Assembly: GCA_036279175.1 (NCBI GenBank)
Contig: DASUJR010000321.1
Span: 23,324 to 87,323 of the forward strand
Source of the DNA: Candidatus Acidiferrales bacterium
GTDB lineage: Bacteria > Acidobacteriota > Terriglobia > Acidiferrales > UBA7541
DNA: 64,000 nucleotides
Direction of reading: 5' to 3'
Below, in pieces: positions 46,521 through 55,567 of this stretch (the first letter of the stretch is position 1; the number at the start of each line of letters is the position of its first letter). Both the position numbers and the translations under genes were made by a program. The notes beneath the pieces were generated by a model, which worked only from the letters and a program-made list of their open reading frames with translations, did not search any database and was not told the DNA's origin.

Positions 46521-47324
46521 ATGATTCGCTCACCTGCCGTCGCGGGACGCTTCTATCCTTCCGACACTTCGGCGCTGGCACAGGAGATCGACCGGTATGT
46601 AACAGCGACCATCGGGAAGTCGAAAGCACGCGCCTGCCTCGTGCCGCACGCCGGATACATATACTCTGGGCACGTCGCCGGCGCTGTTTACGGATCGATT
46701 GAAATTCCGCCGCGTTGCATCCTGATCGGGCCCCGTCATTTCCCGCGCGGTGCGCCGATGTCGATTCTCATCGAGGGCAGTTGGGCAACGCCTTTCGGTG
46801 AAGCTCGGATTCACTCCACCCTTGCGAAATGCATCGCGCGGGAATGCCCGCTTCTCCGCGAAGATCCCATCGCGCATCAGACCGAGCATTCTCTCGAAGT
46901 GCAGGTTCCTTTCCTGCAGCGGCTCGCGCCCGATTTCCTTTTTGTTCCAATCGTGCTGGCAAGTGACCGCTTCGGCGCCCTGGAAGATCTTGGGCACGGG
47001 CTTGCGCGAGTCCTCGCCGCACAGACTGAGCCGTGCCTGCTGGTCATCAGCTCCGACATGAACCACTACGAAAGTGACGATCTGACCCGCGTGAAAGACC
47101 GGAAAGCAATCGACCGCATCCTTGCAGTTGATCCGCAGGGATTTTATGAAACGGTTCGAAACGAGGAAATATCGATGTGTGGTTATGGGGCAACGGTCAC
47201 AGCACTCGTCGCGATCAAGGACTTGGGCAGCACCGAAGGGAAGCTGGTTCGCTACGCGACGTCAGGCGACGTCAGCGGCGATCGAAACGAAGTCGTCGGC
47301 TATGCGGGCATTGTTTTTCCGTAA
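46521..47324 (+). CDS. AmmeMemoRadiSam system protein B (Memo-like)
   Basis: PAVAGRFYPSD, VPHAGYIYSGHVAGAVY, SSDMNHYE, and C-terminal VVGYAGIVF. Confidence 0.8.
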   Translation: MIRSPAVAGRFYPSDTSALAQEIDRYVTATIGKSKARACLVPHAGYIYSGHVAGAVYGSIEIPPRCILIGPRHFPRGAPMSILIEGSWATPFGEARIHSTLAKCIARECPLLREDPIAHQTEHSLEVQVPFLQRLAPDFLFVPIVLASDRFGALEDLGHGLARVLAAQTEPCLLVISSDMNHYESDDLTRVKDRKAIDRILAVDPQGFYETVRNEEISMCGYGATVTALVAIKDLGSTEGKLVRYATSGDVSGDRNEVVGYAGIVFP

Positions 47325-47332
47325 GCAGGCTG

Positions 47333-48493
47333 TCAGTAATCTCCGCCTACGCCATGAAACATGGGCGCGCATGGCATCGATCGCGCCTGGGTTCCATCGT
47401 GAACGGCATAGCTGATCGGGTTTCCGTTCGCGTCCGACGACCACATGGACGCTGCACCATGTTCGCCATTCTTGTTGATCGCGTAGTACTGCAAATCGAA
47501 CATCTTCAGTCGCGACGAATCGAACGCGTAGTTGTGCACCACTCGATGCAGCGCTTCGACACACGCTTTCGTCGGCGACATTCCACCGCGCATCAGCTCC
47601 ACCACCGTGTGAGCGCCGCAAATTTTGATGTTTTCTTCTCCGCGCCCGGTTGATCCCGCCCCACCCACTTCGTTGTCGACGAAGCAGCCGTCGCCGATCA
47701 GCGGCGAATCGCCTACTCGCCCTGAGATTTTCCAAGCCAGTCCCGAAGTCGTCGTCGTTCCCGACATGTCTCCTTTTTCGTCCACGGCCAGGCAATTGAT
47801 CGTGCCGGTCGGGGGATGTTTCACCACGTCCTCGATCCACGCGCGTAGTTGCAGCCGCTCGGGTGTGTCGAGCAATTCTGCAAGCGCGCGATTCCATTGC
47901 GGGCTGTCAAGACCAGGTCTCCAGTCCTTTGAGCTTGACGCCTTCCAGGCGAGCCATGCCAGGCGCGCCGGCTCCGTCAGCAGATTCATCGGCTCAAACC
48001 CAAAATCCTTTGCAACTTTTGTTGCACCCGGTCCGACGATGAATTCATGGTTCGTCCGTTCCATGACTGTTTTTGCAACGAGAGACGGATTCTTGATGTC
48101 CTCGATCGCGCCCACCGCGCCGCATCGCGACGTAGGCCCGTGCATTACGCAGGCATCGAGCTGCACCACTCCATCTTCGTTCGGCAACCCGCCGTAGCCT
48201 ACGGTGTGATCGTTTGGATCATTCTCCACCTTCGTGACCACGGCGAGGACCGCATCCAGTGTGTCGCCGCCGTTGCGCAGAATCTGCATTCCGCCTTCCA
48301 GGTGGGGCAGACCGTTGTGCGCGGAGATGATCAGAGGCCGCTTTCCCTGCGCGGCTCTTGTCGCCGTATCCCCTGCTTCCAGTTTGTTCTTCGCGTCCGC
48401 CACAGACGCCGCCCCAAAGAATTTCCCCGCACTTGCAGCGGCGGTGCCCGCCAACGTCGAGAGAAAGAACTTTCTGCGTGTCCACCTATCCAT
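47333..48493 (-). CDS. Tat-exported asparaginase-2 family Ntn hydrolase (glycosylasparaginase / isoaspartyl peptidase-like)
   Basis: Twin-arginine signal MDRWTRRKFFLSTLAGTAAASA. Autoprocessing/nucleophile region PTGTINCLAVDEKGDMSGTTTTSGLAWKISGRVGDSPLIGDG...GAGSTGRGE. Confidence 0.8.
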   Translation of the reverse strand: MDRWTRRKFFLSTLAGTAAASAGKFFGAASVADAKNKLEAGDTATRAAQGKRPLIISAHNGLPHLEGGMQILRNGGDTLDAVLAVVTKVENDPNDHTVGYGGLPNEDGVVQLDACVMHGPTSRCGAVGAIEDIKNPSLVAKTVMERTNHEFIVGPGATKVAKDFGFEPMNLLTEPARLAWLAWKASSSKDWRPGLDSPQWNRALAELLDTPERLQLRAWIEDVVKHPPTGTINCLAVDEKGDMSGTTTTSGLAWKISGRVGDSPLIGDGCFVDNEVGGAGSTGRGEENIKICGAHTVVELMRGGMSPTKACVEALHRVVHNYAFDSSRLKMFDLQYYAINKNGEHGAASMWSSDANGNPISYAVHDGTQARSMPCAPMFHGVGGDY

Positions 48494-48747
48494 GTCTGCC
48501 CTCCGCGCCCATCAGCGACTGTTGCGATGCGCAGCATAATTCCGCTCGCGCGCTTCGACAAGAAACTTTCATTCGCTGACTCGTCCGGCTCGGACCATCA
48601 ACGCCGTTGACTGGTGACGCAAATCGCCGCATCGCGCGGCCCGGAGCTTCCAGCTTGATTTTGTCCCACGTTCGCCGCACCATGACCGTTTGCCGCGCAG
48701 CGGGTGAGTGCGATCGTCCCGCTGCAAAAATCGAATCGGGAGAACTC

Positions 48748-50853
48748 ATGCGTCAAGCCGTCCGGCTTTATTCGCTGTTATGTGTTCTGGCGTTTCCATC
48801 CATTCTGCTGAGCGGTCAAGCCGCGTCGAAATCCGTCACGCAATCCGCGCCGGGCGCGCTTCATGCGATGTTCGACGTCCACACCTTCAAGCAGGTGGCA
48901 ATTTCGCCGGACGGAACGCGTGTTGCATGGGTCGAAAATCTTGCGGGTCCCGGTGGCGCCCCATCGCGCAACAGCGCAATCTACGTTGCGGGTATCAACG
49001 CGCCTGGGCAGGCGGTTCGTATCACTGCCGAAGGAACCGTACCGCCCAAACACGCACGCACTCGCCGCAGTTCGCGCGTTTCGCATTCGGCTGAAGGCAC
49101 ACGCCACGAAAATCTCGCTGCGGTCCACGAAGAGGACAATGTCGCCTGGTCGCCGGACGGCCGTGAAATCGCGTTCCTTTCCGATGTCGAAACTCAGGGT
49201 CAGTTGCAGTTATACGTAGTCGATTCGTCCGCCCACAAGACCCGTCCCAAACAGCTCACACACTTCACGGGTTTCCTTTCGCATCCGCACTGGTCGCCGG
49301 ATGGAAAGACAATCGCTCTCCTCTACATCGAGAACGCAAAGCGCGTCGCGGGCCCGCTCGCGGCCGAAACGCCTGATGTCGGCGTCATTTCCGACACCTA
49401 TACCGAGCAGCGTCTCGCGCTGGTCAATCCATTCACAGGCGACGCTCGCCAAATCTCACCTGCCGACATGTACGTCTACGAATTTGATTGGTCGCCTGAC
49501 AGCGGCCATCTCGTCTTTACCGCCGCTCACGGCAATGGCGACAATAACTGGTGGATCGCGAACATCTACTCAATCGATGCGGCGTCCGGCGCAATGCGTG
49601 AAATCCTGCCGAATCCCAAACTCCAAATGGCAAATGTGCGCTGGTCGCCCGATGGCGGCCAAATCGCCTGCATCGGCGGCCTGATGAGCGACCAGGGAGT
49701 CACCGGCGGCGATATCTTCACATTTCCGGCCGAAGGCGGCGCGCCGCGCGATCTGACGCGTGGCATGCGAGAGAGCGCCTCGTCGTTCCGTTGGGCGGCT
49801 GACTCGCATTCGATCCTCTTCACCGGCATCATCGACGGCGATACCGCCATCAATCGCCTCGACGCGACAAGCGGCAACACCTCGCAAATCTGGCGTGGCG
49901 CCGACCGCGTTTCCGCTGCCGGTTTCACGCCAGACATTTCTCTCTCCCGCGACGCGACTGCCTCCGCGCTCGTGCGCCAATCCTTCTCGCAGCCTCCCGA
50001 AGTGTGGGCTGGCCCAGTCGGCCAATGGAAGCGCATGACTGACGTCAACGCCGACCTCCATCCAGCGTGGGGCAGAGCCGTCAGCCTCGATTGGACTACC
50101 GGGATTGGTAACGTGCAGGGCTGGCTCGTTTATCCGGCGAATTTCGATCCGTCGAAGAAGTACCCGATGGTCGTTGTCGTTCACGGCGGACCCGCCTCTG
50201 CAACACTATCCGGCTGGCCGAGCCGCGGTTCGTACTTCATGGGGCTTCCGTCGCAGGGCTATTTCCTGCTCTTCCCGAATCCGCGCGGCAGTTACGGCCA
50301 AGGCGAAAAATTCACTCGCGCCAATGTGAAAGGTTTCGGCTATGGCGACTGGACCGACATCCTTGCCGGCGTCGACAAAGCCATCCAATCCGCTCCCATT
50401 GATCCCAATCGTCTCGGCCTCACCGGCTGGAGTTACGGCGGTTTCATGACAATGTGGGGCGTCACACAAACGCATCGTTTTCACGCCGCGGTTGCCGGCG
50501 CAGGCCTCGCAGACTGGCTCAGCTATTACGGCGAAAATAAAATCGACCAATGGATGATTCCCTACTTTGGCGCCTCCGTTTACGACGATCCCGCGGTCTA
50601 CGCCAAGAGCGCTCCCATCAACTACGTCAAGAACGTGGCCACGCCCACCCTCATGCTCGTCGGCCAGTATGATGGTGAATGTCCCGCGCCGCAGTCTCTG
50701 GAATTCTGGCACGCGCTCGATACGCTGCACGTCCCCACGCGCCTCGTCATCTATCCGAACGAAGGCCACGGCTTCGTCAACCCTGCGCACAATCGCGACG
50801 TGATGCGGCGCACCATCGATTGGTTCAACCTCTACCTCAAGCCCGGCCAATAG
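48748..50853 (+). CDS. S9 family serine peptidase (beta-propeller + alpha/beta hydrolase; acylaminoacyl/prolyl oligopeptidase-like)
   Basis: ATG 48748 gives the signal peptide MRQAVRLYSLLCVLAFPSILLSGQA. Nucleophile elbow GWSYGGFMT. C-terminal D...GHGF (YPNEGHGF). WSPDG propeller repeats. Confidence 0.85.
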   Translation: MRQAVRLYSLLCVLAFPSILLSGQAASKSVTQSAPGALHAMFDVHTFKQVAISPDGTRVAWVENLAGPGGAPSRNSAIYVAGINAPGQAVRITAEGTVPPKHARTRRSSRVSHSAEGTRHENLAAVHEEDNVAWSPDGREIAFLSDVETQGQLQLYVVDSSAHKTRPKQLTHFTGFLSHPHWSPDGKTIALLYIENAKRVAGPLAAETPDVGVISDTYTEQRLALVNPFTGDARQISPADMYVYEFDWSPDSGHLVFTAAHGNGDNNWWIANIYSIDAASGAMREILPNPKLQMANVRWSPDGGQIACIGGLMSDQGVTGGDIFTFPAEGGAPRDLTRGMRESASSFRWAADSHSILFTGIIDGDTAINRLDATSGNTSQIWRGADRVSAAGFTPDISLSRDATASALVRQSFSQPPEVWAGPVGQWKRMTDVNADLHPAWGRAVSLDWTTGIGNVQGWLVYPANFDPSKKYPMVVVVHGGPASATLSGWPSRGSYFMGLPSQGYFLLFPNPRGSYGQGEKFTRANVKGFGYGDWTDILAGVDKAIQSAPIDPNRLGLTGWSYGGFMTMWGVTQTHRFHAAVAGAGLADWLSYYGENKIDQWMIPYFGASVYDDPAVYAKSAPINYVKNVATPTLMLVGQYDGECPAPQSLEFWHALDTLHVPTRLVIYPNEGHGFVNPAHNRDVMRRTIDWFNLYLKPGQ

Positions 50854-50904
50854 AAGCTGAGAAATTACAGTCAATCAGAAAGAGGCAATAGGAGAAGACT
50901 TCTC

Positions 50905-50928
50905 GCATGTGCGGCCGCATGCTGTTTT
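50905..50928 (+). terminator. intrinsic terminator candidate after the S9 peptidase gene
   Basis: 7-bp stem GCATGTG/CGCATGC (one G-U pair) with loop CGGC, followed by TGTTTT. Confidence 0.5.
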
Positions 50929-51195
50929 GAAGTGCGACTGCTCCTTATCGCGGGCTCGCTTCCGCACGTGACCACAAACCGGCTCCTCGATCTCCTTCCT
51001 CCTGATTCCGCTGCCTCTTCCTTTTCGCCTGTCAATCCGTACAGCCGCCCCGACCCGAACGAAATCTGGCCCGCCGTCCTATTTCGCCGCTTACCGGAGA
51101 AGGGTACCTTTTCCCCATAAGCTGCGGGGTGGTTCCGAGCCCTCGCCCCCGGCTTCCATTTCGCTCCGCAGTCCGAGATTTGAGGGAGGACCCGA

Positions 51196-51681
51196 ATGTC
51201 CCATTGGATTGGCACCACGTCCGCGACCGACGCTGGAATGTCCGATTTTAAGGAATGCCTGAAGCATCTTCGCGATGGACATCCTGAAGAAGCCTTGCAA
51301 CACGCTCGCCGCGCACTGGGTGTTGCGCCGAAGAACCCGTTTTACCTGTCGTACACCGGCCTGCTCGCTGCTATGGCCGAAAGACGCTACGGCGACGCCG
51401 AGTCGCTCTGCCGCGAAGCTGTCGGCATGAAGCACAATCACGCGCAGCTATATCTGAACCTCGCCGACGTGTACATCCAGTCTGGCCGTACATCTGAGGC
51501 AGTTGCTACGCTTGAGAAGGGTCTCATCTCCGCGGGACGCGACTTCCGCATTCGCCGCGCCCTCGAACGCCTAGGTGTTCGCCGGGGACCGGTCTTGACG
51601 TTCCTCCATCGCGGTCATCCGATCAATCGCACTTTGGGACGCCTCCGCCATCGCCTCGCCGGCCCACCCCACGCTGTGTAG
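51196..51681 (+). CDS. small TPR-like repeat protein
   Basis: SD GGAGGA lies 5 nt before the ATG at 51196. TPR-like helices (EEALQHARRALGVAPKNPFYLSYTGLL, AQLYLNLADVYIQSGRTSEAVATLEKGL). Confidence 0.55.
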   Translation: MSHWIGTTSATDAGMSDFKECLKHLRDGHPEEALQHARRALGVAPKNPFYLSYTGLLAAMAERRYGDAESLCREAVGMKHNHAQLYLNLADVYIQSGRTSEAVATLEKGLISAGRDFRIRRALERLGVRRGPVLTFLHRGHPINRTLGRLRHRLAGPPHAV

Positions 51682-51711
51682 TTCTTTGCTTCCCTCTGAT
51701 TACTGAGCCTT

Positions 51712-51740
51712 CGATTGGCCCCGGATCCCGAGGCCAATCG
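51712..51740 (+). terminator. perfect 9-bp hairpin between convergent TPR and PEP-CTERM genes (terminator-like)
   Basis: CGATTGGCC-n11-GGCCAATCG read directly. The T-richness after it is only partial (caggcacTTTgTTTg). Confidence 0.4.
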
Positions 51741-51899
51741 CAGGCACTTTGTTTGTCCCCGTGCGCACGCGGACTAGTTTCTACCGCCGCCCTCGCTTTT
51801 GGGCGGGCGATTAGGTTCGGCAGTCCTTGTATACATCCAGCCAGCGACGCTCGAATCCTTCGTACTCGGCGAACTCTAGACGGTTTTTTCCGGAACAGA

Positions 51900-52832
51900 T
51901 CAGTTGAGGACCCTGCGGCGCCAGGCGACCACGCCCAATACTCCAGCGGAAAGAAGAAACAGCAGGACACTCGGAGGTTCCGGTGTCGCCGCAATCGGCT
52001 GAGGTGGACCCGACGGTGGCCCGGCAGGCGGTTGAGGATCGCTCGGCGGTGGCGGCTGAGGACCGGTCGGCGGTGGGTTCTGCGACGGCGGCAGCGGCGA
52101 AACGCCCGGCCCGCCCGCAATTGGAATCAACGGAGGCGGGCCGAATGTCCGCACGTCCACGGGATCGAGGACTGCGATCTCCCGCAAACCCAATTCCGGC
52201 TGTACCAGAGCCGACGCAGGCGGCGTCTCATTAACCGTAGGTGCGGGCGTCACTACCGCAGGCCCGTTCAATACCTCGCGCGAGGGTTCCCTTGCGGAAA
52301 CGGGCAGCTGCGGCGTTTCGGACAGCCGGTTTCCGCAACGCGTCCGTGCCTCATGTTCGCCGTCGCTCAGCACTGGTTCGCCCGCAGGAATGTACAGCCG
52401 CCTCCAAGTCCAGTAGATGCGATCACCGATTCTGTACGAAACGTAAACCTTCTCGGCGTGGCCTAGACGAATCACGTGCGTGCGCGCCACGTCGAATCCA
52501 GCGTAATGAGCGGCCGCTACCGGATCGTGCACGAGCGCGTTCTTAAGTTCTGCTTCACTATGGGCCCCGCCCGGAATCACAGAGTATGGAAAGATGCGCG
52601 AAGGTTGGAGCGCAGTGTTGACCAGCGGCATGCTTTTAATGCGGGCTTCCTGCCTCGGCGCACTTGCACTGCCGATACGACTGGCGGTGCGCTCACCGGT
52701 CTGCGGCACACGTCGCCACGCGCCGACGAATAGCGCAACCGGAATAACTGTCGCGACGAATAGCAGGACTATATTCAGACGTTGGAAATCACTGCGGAAC
52801 TCTGAGTTCCTGTGGTTACCGTGCTGCCCCAT
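51900..52832 (-). CDS. PEP-CTERM sorting-domain protein with Pro-rich linker
   Basis: The C-terminus TPEPPSVLLFLLSAGVLGVVAWRRRVLN is the PEP motif + TM + Arg cluster. It is preceded by PPSQNPPPTGPQPPPPSDPQPPAGPPSGPPQP. N-terminal signal anchor IVLLFVATVIPVALFVGAW. Confidence 0.7.
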   Translation of the reverse strand: MGQHGNHRNSEFRSDFQRLNIVLLFVATVIPVALFVGAWRRVPQTGERTASRIGSASAPRQEARIKSMPLVNTALQPSRIFPYSVIPGGAHSEAELKNALVHDPVAAAHYAGFDVARTHVIRLGHAEKVYVSYRIGDRIYWTWRRLYIPAGEPVLSDGEHEARTRCGNRLSETPQLPVSAREPSREVLNGPAVVTPAPTVNETPPASALVQPELGLREIAVLDPVDVRTFGPPPLIPIAGGPGVSPLPPSQNPPPTGPQPPPPSDPQPPAGPPSGPPQPIAATPEPPSVLLFLLSAGVLGVVAWRRRVLN

Positions 52833-53214
52833 TTACTGTGTCTGGCCCGTTTCCGACAGCCCTCAGCAAGCGGGCTGCTCACGTGGCATAGGCATTCAGC
52901 GTGCCATCGATGGCCGCCTCCATAAGCTTGCCCACACCCGAAGCCTCCCGCTCGAACGACGGCGCGTGCCGTAAGTGGTGCTTTTACGCGGTATTAAAGC
53001 CCGACCGTGAGAGTCGGGATTGCGAAGCTTCGTGGGGCGAACAAATCGACTGCAGCCCAGTACTCACGTTAAGACATGACACCTAGGCAGCGAGTAATCA
53101 AATGGAGACTCGTAGGGAGCGGAACCGATCCCGCGGGCAGCCACTCGCCCGTGCTGGGTCAGTTTGAATTCGCTTGATATGAGACAAGCGCTCAAATTTG
53201 ATACCCATTCGCTC

Positions 53215-53865
53215 TCAGCTTTGACCCAACGGCAGGAAATATTGCGTGCCCTTCACCGGCTGCCGCAGTCGGCGCAGCAGCTCTTGAAGGTCCTGATTCC
53301 GCTGGACGAAGTCGATTTCCGACGTATCGACCACCAGGAGGTTCGATCCCGAGTAGCGAAAGAAAAAATGCTCGTAGGCGCTGGCAACCGCCTCAATGTA
53401 TTCCGGTGAAATCTGCCCTTCCAGCGCGTCGGCTTTGTTCGCCACCCGCTTGCGCAACACGTCAGATTTACCCTGCAGATACACAACCAGGTCGGGTGCA
53501 GCCACCGAAGGAGCCAGCATCTCGAAAAATTTCTCGTAGAGCTTCAGCTCCTCGTTGTCCAGGTTCATGTATGCGAAAATCTTGTCCTTTTGGAAAAGGA
53601 AATCCGCGATGATCGGCGCGCCCCCATCTTCCGGACGAGCCTCGATCAGCCGCCGATGCCGCTCATAGAGGAAATACATTTGCGTGCGAAACGCTGCGCC
53701 GGGCTTTTCGTTGTAGAAGTCGCGAAGGAAAGGATTGTCATCCACGTCGAAGACGCGCCGCGCATGGAGGTTTTCAGCCAGCGCCTTTGCCAGCGTTGAT
53801 TTCCCCACGCGAATCGGCCCTTCAACGACGATGTAGCGCGGATTCTTGAATTTTGCGAGCGCCAT
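53215..53865 (-). CDS. deoxynucleoside kinase family protein
   Basis: P-loop VVEGPIRVGKSTLAKAL, FLYERHR (ERS-like), and DFLFQKDKIFA. 216 aa. Confidence 0.85.
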   Translation of the reverse strand: MALAKFKNPRYIVVEGPIRVGKSTLAKALAENLHARRVFDVDDNPFLRDFYNEKPGAAFRTQMYFLYERHRRLIEARPEDGGAPIIADFLFQKDKIFAYMNLDNEELKLYEKFFEMLAPSVAAPDLVVYLQGKSDVLRKRVANKADALEGQISPEYIEAVASAYEHFFFRYSGSNLLVVDTSEIDFVQRNQDLQELLRRLRQPVKGTQYFLPLGQS

Positions 53866-53873
53866 GGGGCGCG

Positions 53874-53879
53874 ATTATA
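53874..53879 (-). promoter_or_regulatory. perfect TATAAT -10 hexamer 8 nt upstream of the dNK ATG (leaderless geometry)
   Basis: The minus strand reads ctgtTATAATcgcgccccATG. The -35 is poor (TTCGGG/TCGGGC). Confidence 0.35.
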
Positions 53880-54120
53880 ACAGACGCCGTTCGCGCGCCC
53901 GAAAATGTTGGGTTTATTGATCCGACCGCAGGAACTTCACTCCGAATGGGGCCTGCTAGCCGGCAACAAAGGTCGCTCAGCAACAGACGCAAACCGCAGG
54001 CCAGATAACAGTGAAGCTACGTGATCTGCTCACTGCCCGTTTTTTTGCGAAATCGGGGGTGAACCGCTCCCGCTGACCGCCCGCATCATCCTTCACAACT
54101 CACCAATCACCATCTACCAC

Positions 54121-54354
54121 TCACCACTGCTTACCGCCCGGAAACTTCTTGCACTGGCGGCACCATAGGCCTTTCCCGCGCGTGCCCCACGCAAAAAGAT
54201 AGATCGCTGTCACCAGAAACAGCACGCCGATGATCCAAAATAGCGGGATCATGGCAAGCGAGGCGATCGCCCCCGCCAACAAGAGAATGCTCGCCGCCAG
54301 CAGGCTAACTCGGCTCTTTTGCGCGAGTTCGCCGCCGCAGTATGCACATTTCAC
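54121..54354 (-). CDS. small CxxC...CxxC membrane protein, hypothetical
   Basis: From GTG 54354: VKCAYCGGELAQKSRVSLLAASILLLAGAIASLAMIPLFWIIGVLFLVTAIYLFAWGTRGKGLWCRQCKKF. Zinc-ribbon-like Cys pairs flank two TM helices. The start is uncertain (the ORF is open back to 54477). Confidence 0.4.
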   Translation of the reverse strand: MKCAYCGGELAQKSRVSLLAASILLLAGAIASLAMIPLFWIIGVLFLVTAIYLFAWGTRGKGLWCRQCKKFPGGKQW

Positions 54355-54667
54355 GCGGTTACCCTGCAAAAACGAACCTTGAAATCGCGAATTACGCCCA
54401 GCTTGGCCATAGGCACCTCGCGACCAGTTTGCTTGCTTACCCCTGATTCCATTCGTATTCCCTATCGCATGTGGCACCGTCAGTACAAGTCTTTACAGCA
54501 ATTTGGACATTTGCTCTGGCGAACGGTGCACCTTGACCTGCAAAAGGGGCCCGCAAGGGACAGTACCGCGGGACAGGTGCTACTCCGACAACGAGGAGAC
54601 TGTCTAGGGAGAACAGTTCGAGGCCGTCACATATACTTTGCGGGGCGATCAGTTCGAGGAGGCACGC

Positions 54668-55003
54668 ATGGCCGAGGTCAGAAACATGTGGGAGGGCCTG
54701 TTCGATTTTTCGTTTCGCACCTTTGTGACAGCCCGTATGCTGAAGTTTCTGTACGCACTGCATCTTTTGTGCGGGCTCGTAGCGGCCGTAGCCTGGGTGG
54801 CACTTGGATTCCAGCGGACGGCAGCGCAGGGACTGGTAACACTGCTGGCGGCAGTTTTCCTATATTTCCTGTGGATACTCTACTGTCGAATTGCGCTCGA
54901 AGTTCTGGGCGCGGTTTTCCGTATGGCAGAAGCGATTGCGCCGGAGCGGAGTACGGCGAGCCCGGACCTCTACGCCGCGGATCAGATGGCGGAACTGCGA
55001 TGA
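54668..55003 (+). CDS. DUF4282-like small membrane protein
   Basis: ATG 54668 with SD GAGGAGG. The N-terminus MWEGLFDFSFRTFVTARMLKFLYAL followed by two TM helices is characteristic of DUF4282 (recognised by eye). Confidence 0.6.
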   Translation: MAEVRNMWEGLFDFSFRTFVTARMLKFLYALHLLCGLVAAVAWVALGFQRTAAQGLVTLLAAVFLYFLWILYCRIALEVLGAVFRMAEAIAPERSTASPDLYAADQMAELR

Positions 55004-55097
55004 AGGATCGCACGTCAGCGAAGCCAAAGTCGAATTGGGAAAGTCGGGTGAGTCGCGCTATAAATTAGGACTCAACTATAGCCGCCGAGAGGATCCT

Positions 55098-55505
55098 ATG
55101 CCCGACTACACTGCCGACCACGCACGCGCCGGCATCGACGCCAAGCTCCCGAAGCTTGATACGTGGCCAAACCACTTTCCGGGATACGAAATTACTATTC
55201 GGTTTCCCGAGTACACTTCGGTTTGCCCGAAGACGGGACTGCCGGACTACGGGGCGATCACAATCCAATACGAGCCGAAGAGGCTTTGCCTGGAATTGAA
55301 AGCGTTGAAGATGTATTTGCTTGCGTATCGCAACCTCGGGATTTTCTACGAGAACGCCGTGAACCGCATGCTGCGGGACATACGAGAGGCGGTAAAGCCA
55401 GTATGGTGCCGCGTCACCGGCGAGTTTACTCCACGCGGAGGTCTGACCGCTACCATCGAAGCTAGGTGGCGGCGCGAGGGCGCGCATAGGCACGGGCTCA
55501 GATAG
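55098..55505 (+). CDS. queF: NADPH-dependent 7-cyano-7-deazaguanine (preQ0) reductase, unimodular type
   Basis: Catalytic Cys context FPEYTSVCPKTGLPDYG and QueF motif ELKALKMYL. ATG 55098 is preceded by GAGAGGA. Confidence 0.85.
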   Translation: MPDYTADHARAGIDAKLPKLDTWPNHFPGYEITIRFPEYTSVCPKTGLPDYGAITIQYEPKRLCLELKALKMYLLAYRNLGIFYENAVNRMLRDIREAVKPVWCRVTGEFTPRGGLTATIEARWRREGAHRHGLR

Positions 55506-55567
55506 ACTTCCCAGGTTCACTCAGCCATAATCGAAATTACAGTGCACTGCCAATCTGGAGGAACTCG

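Noticed and set aside
50854-51195. 342-nt gap between the S9 peptidase and the TPR gene as a possible ncRNA gene
   Set aside because: Apart from the terminator hairpin at 50905-50928, I could not recognise any known RNA family signature or a convincing promoter. It is probably terminator plus promoter/UTR space and is left unannotated.
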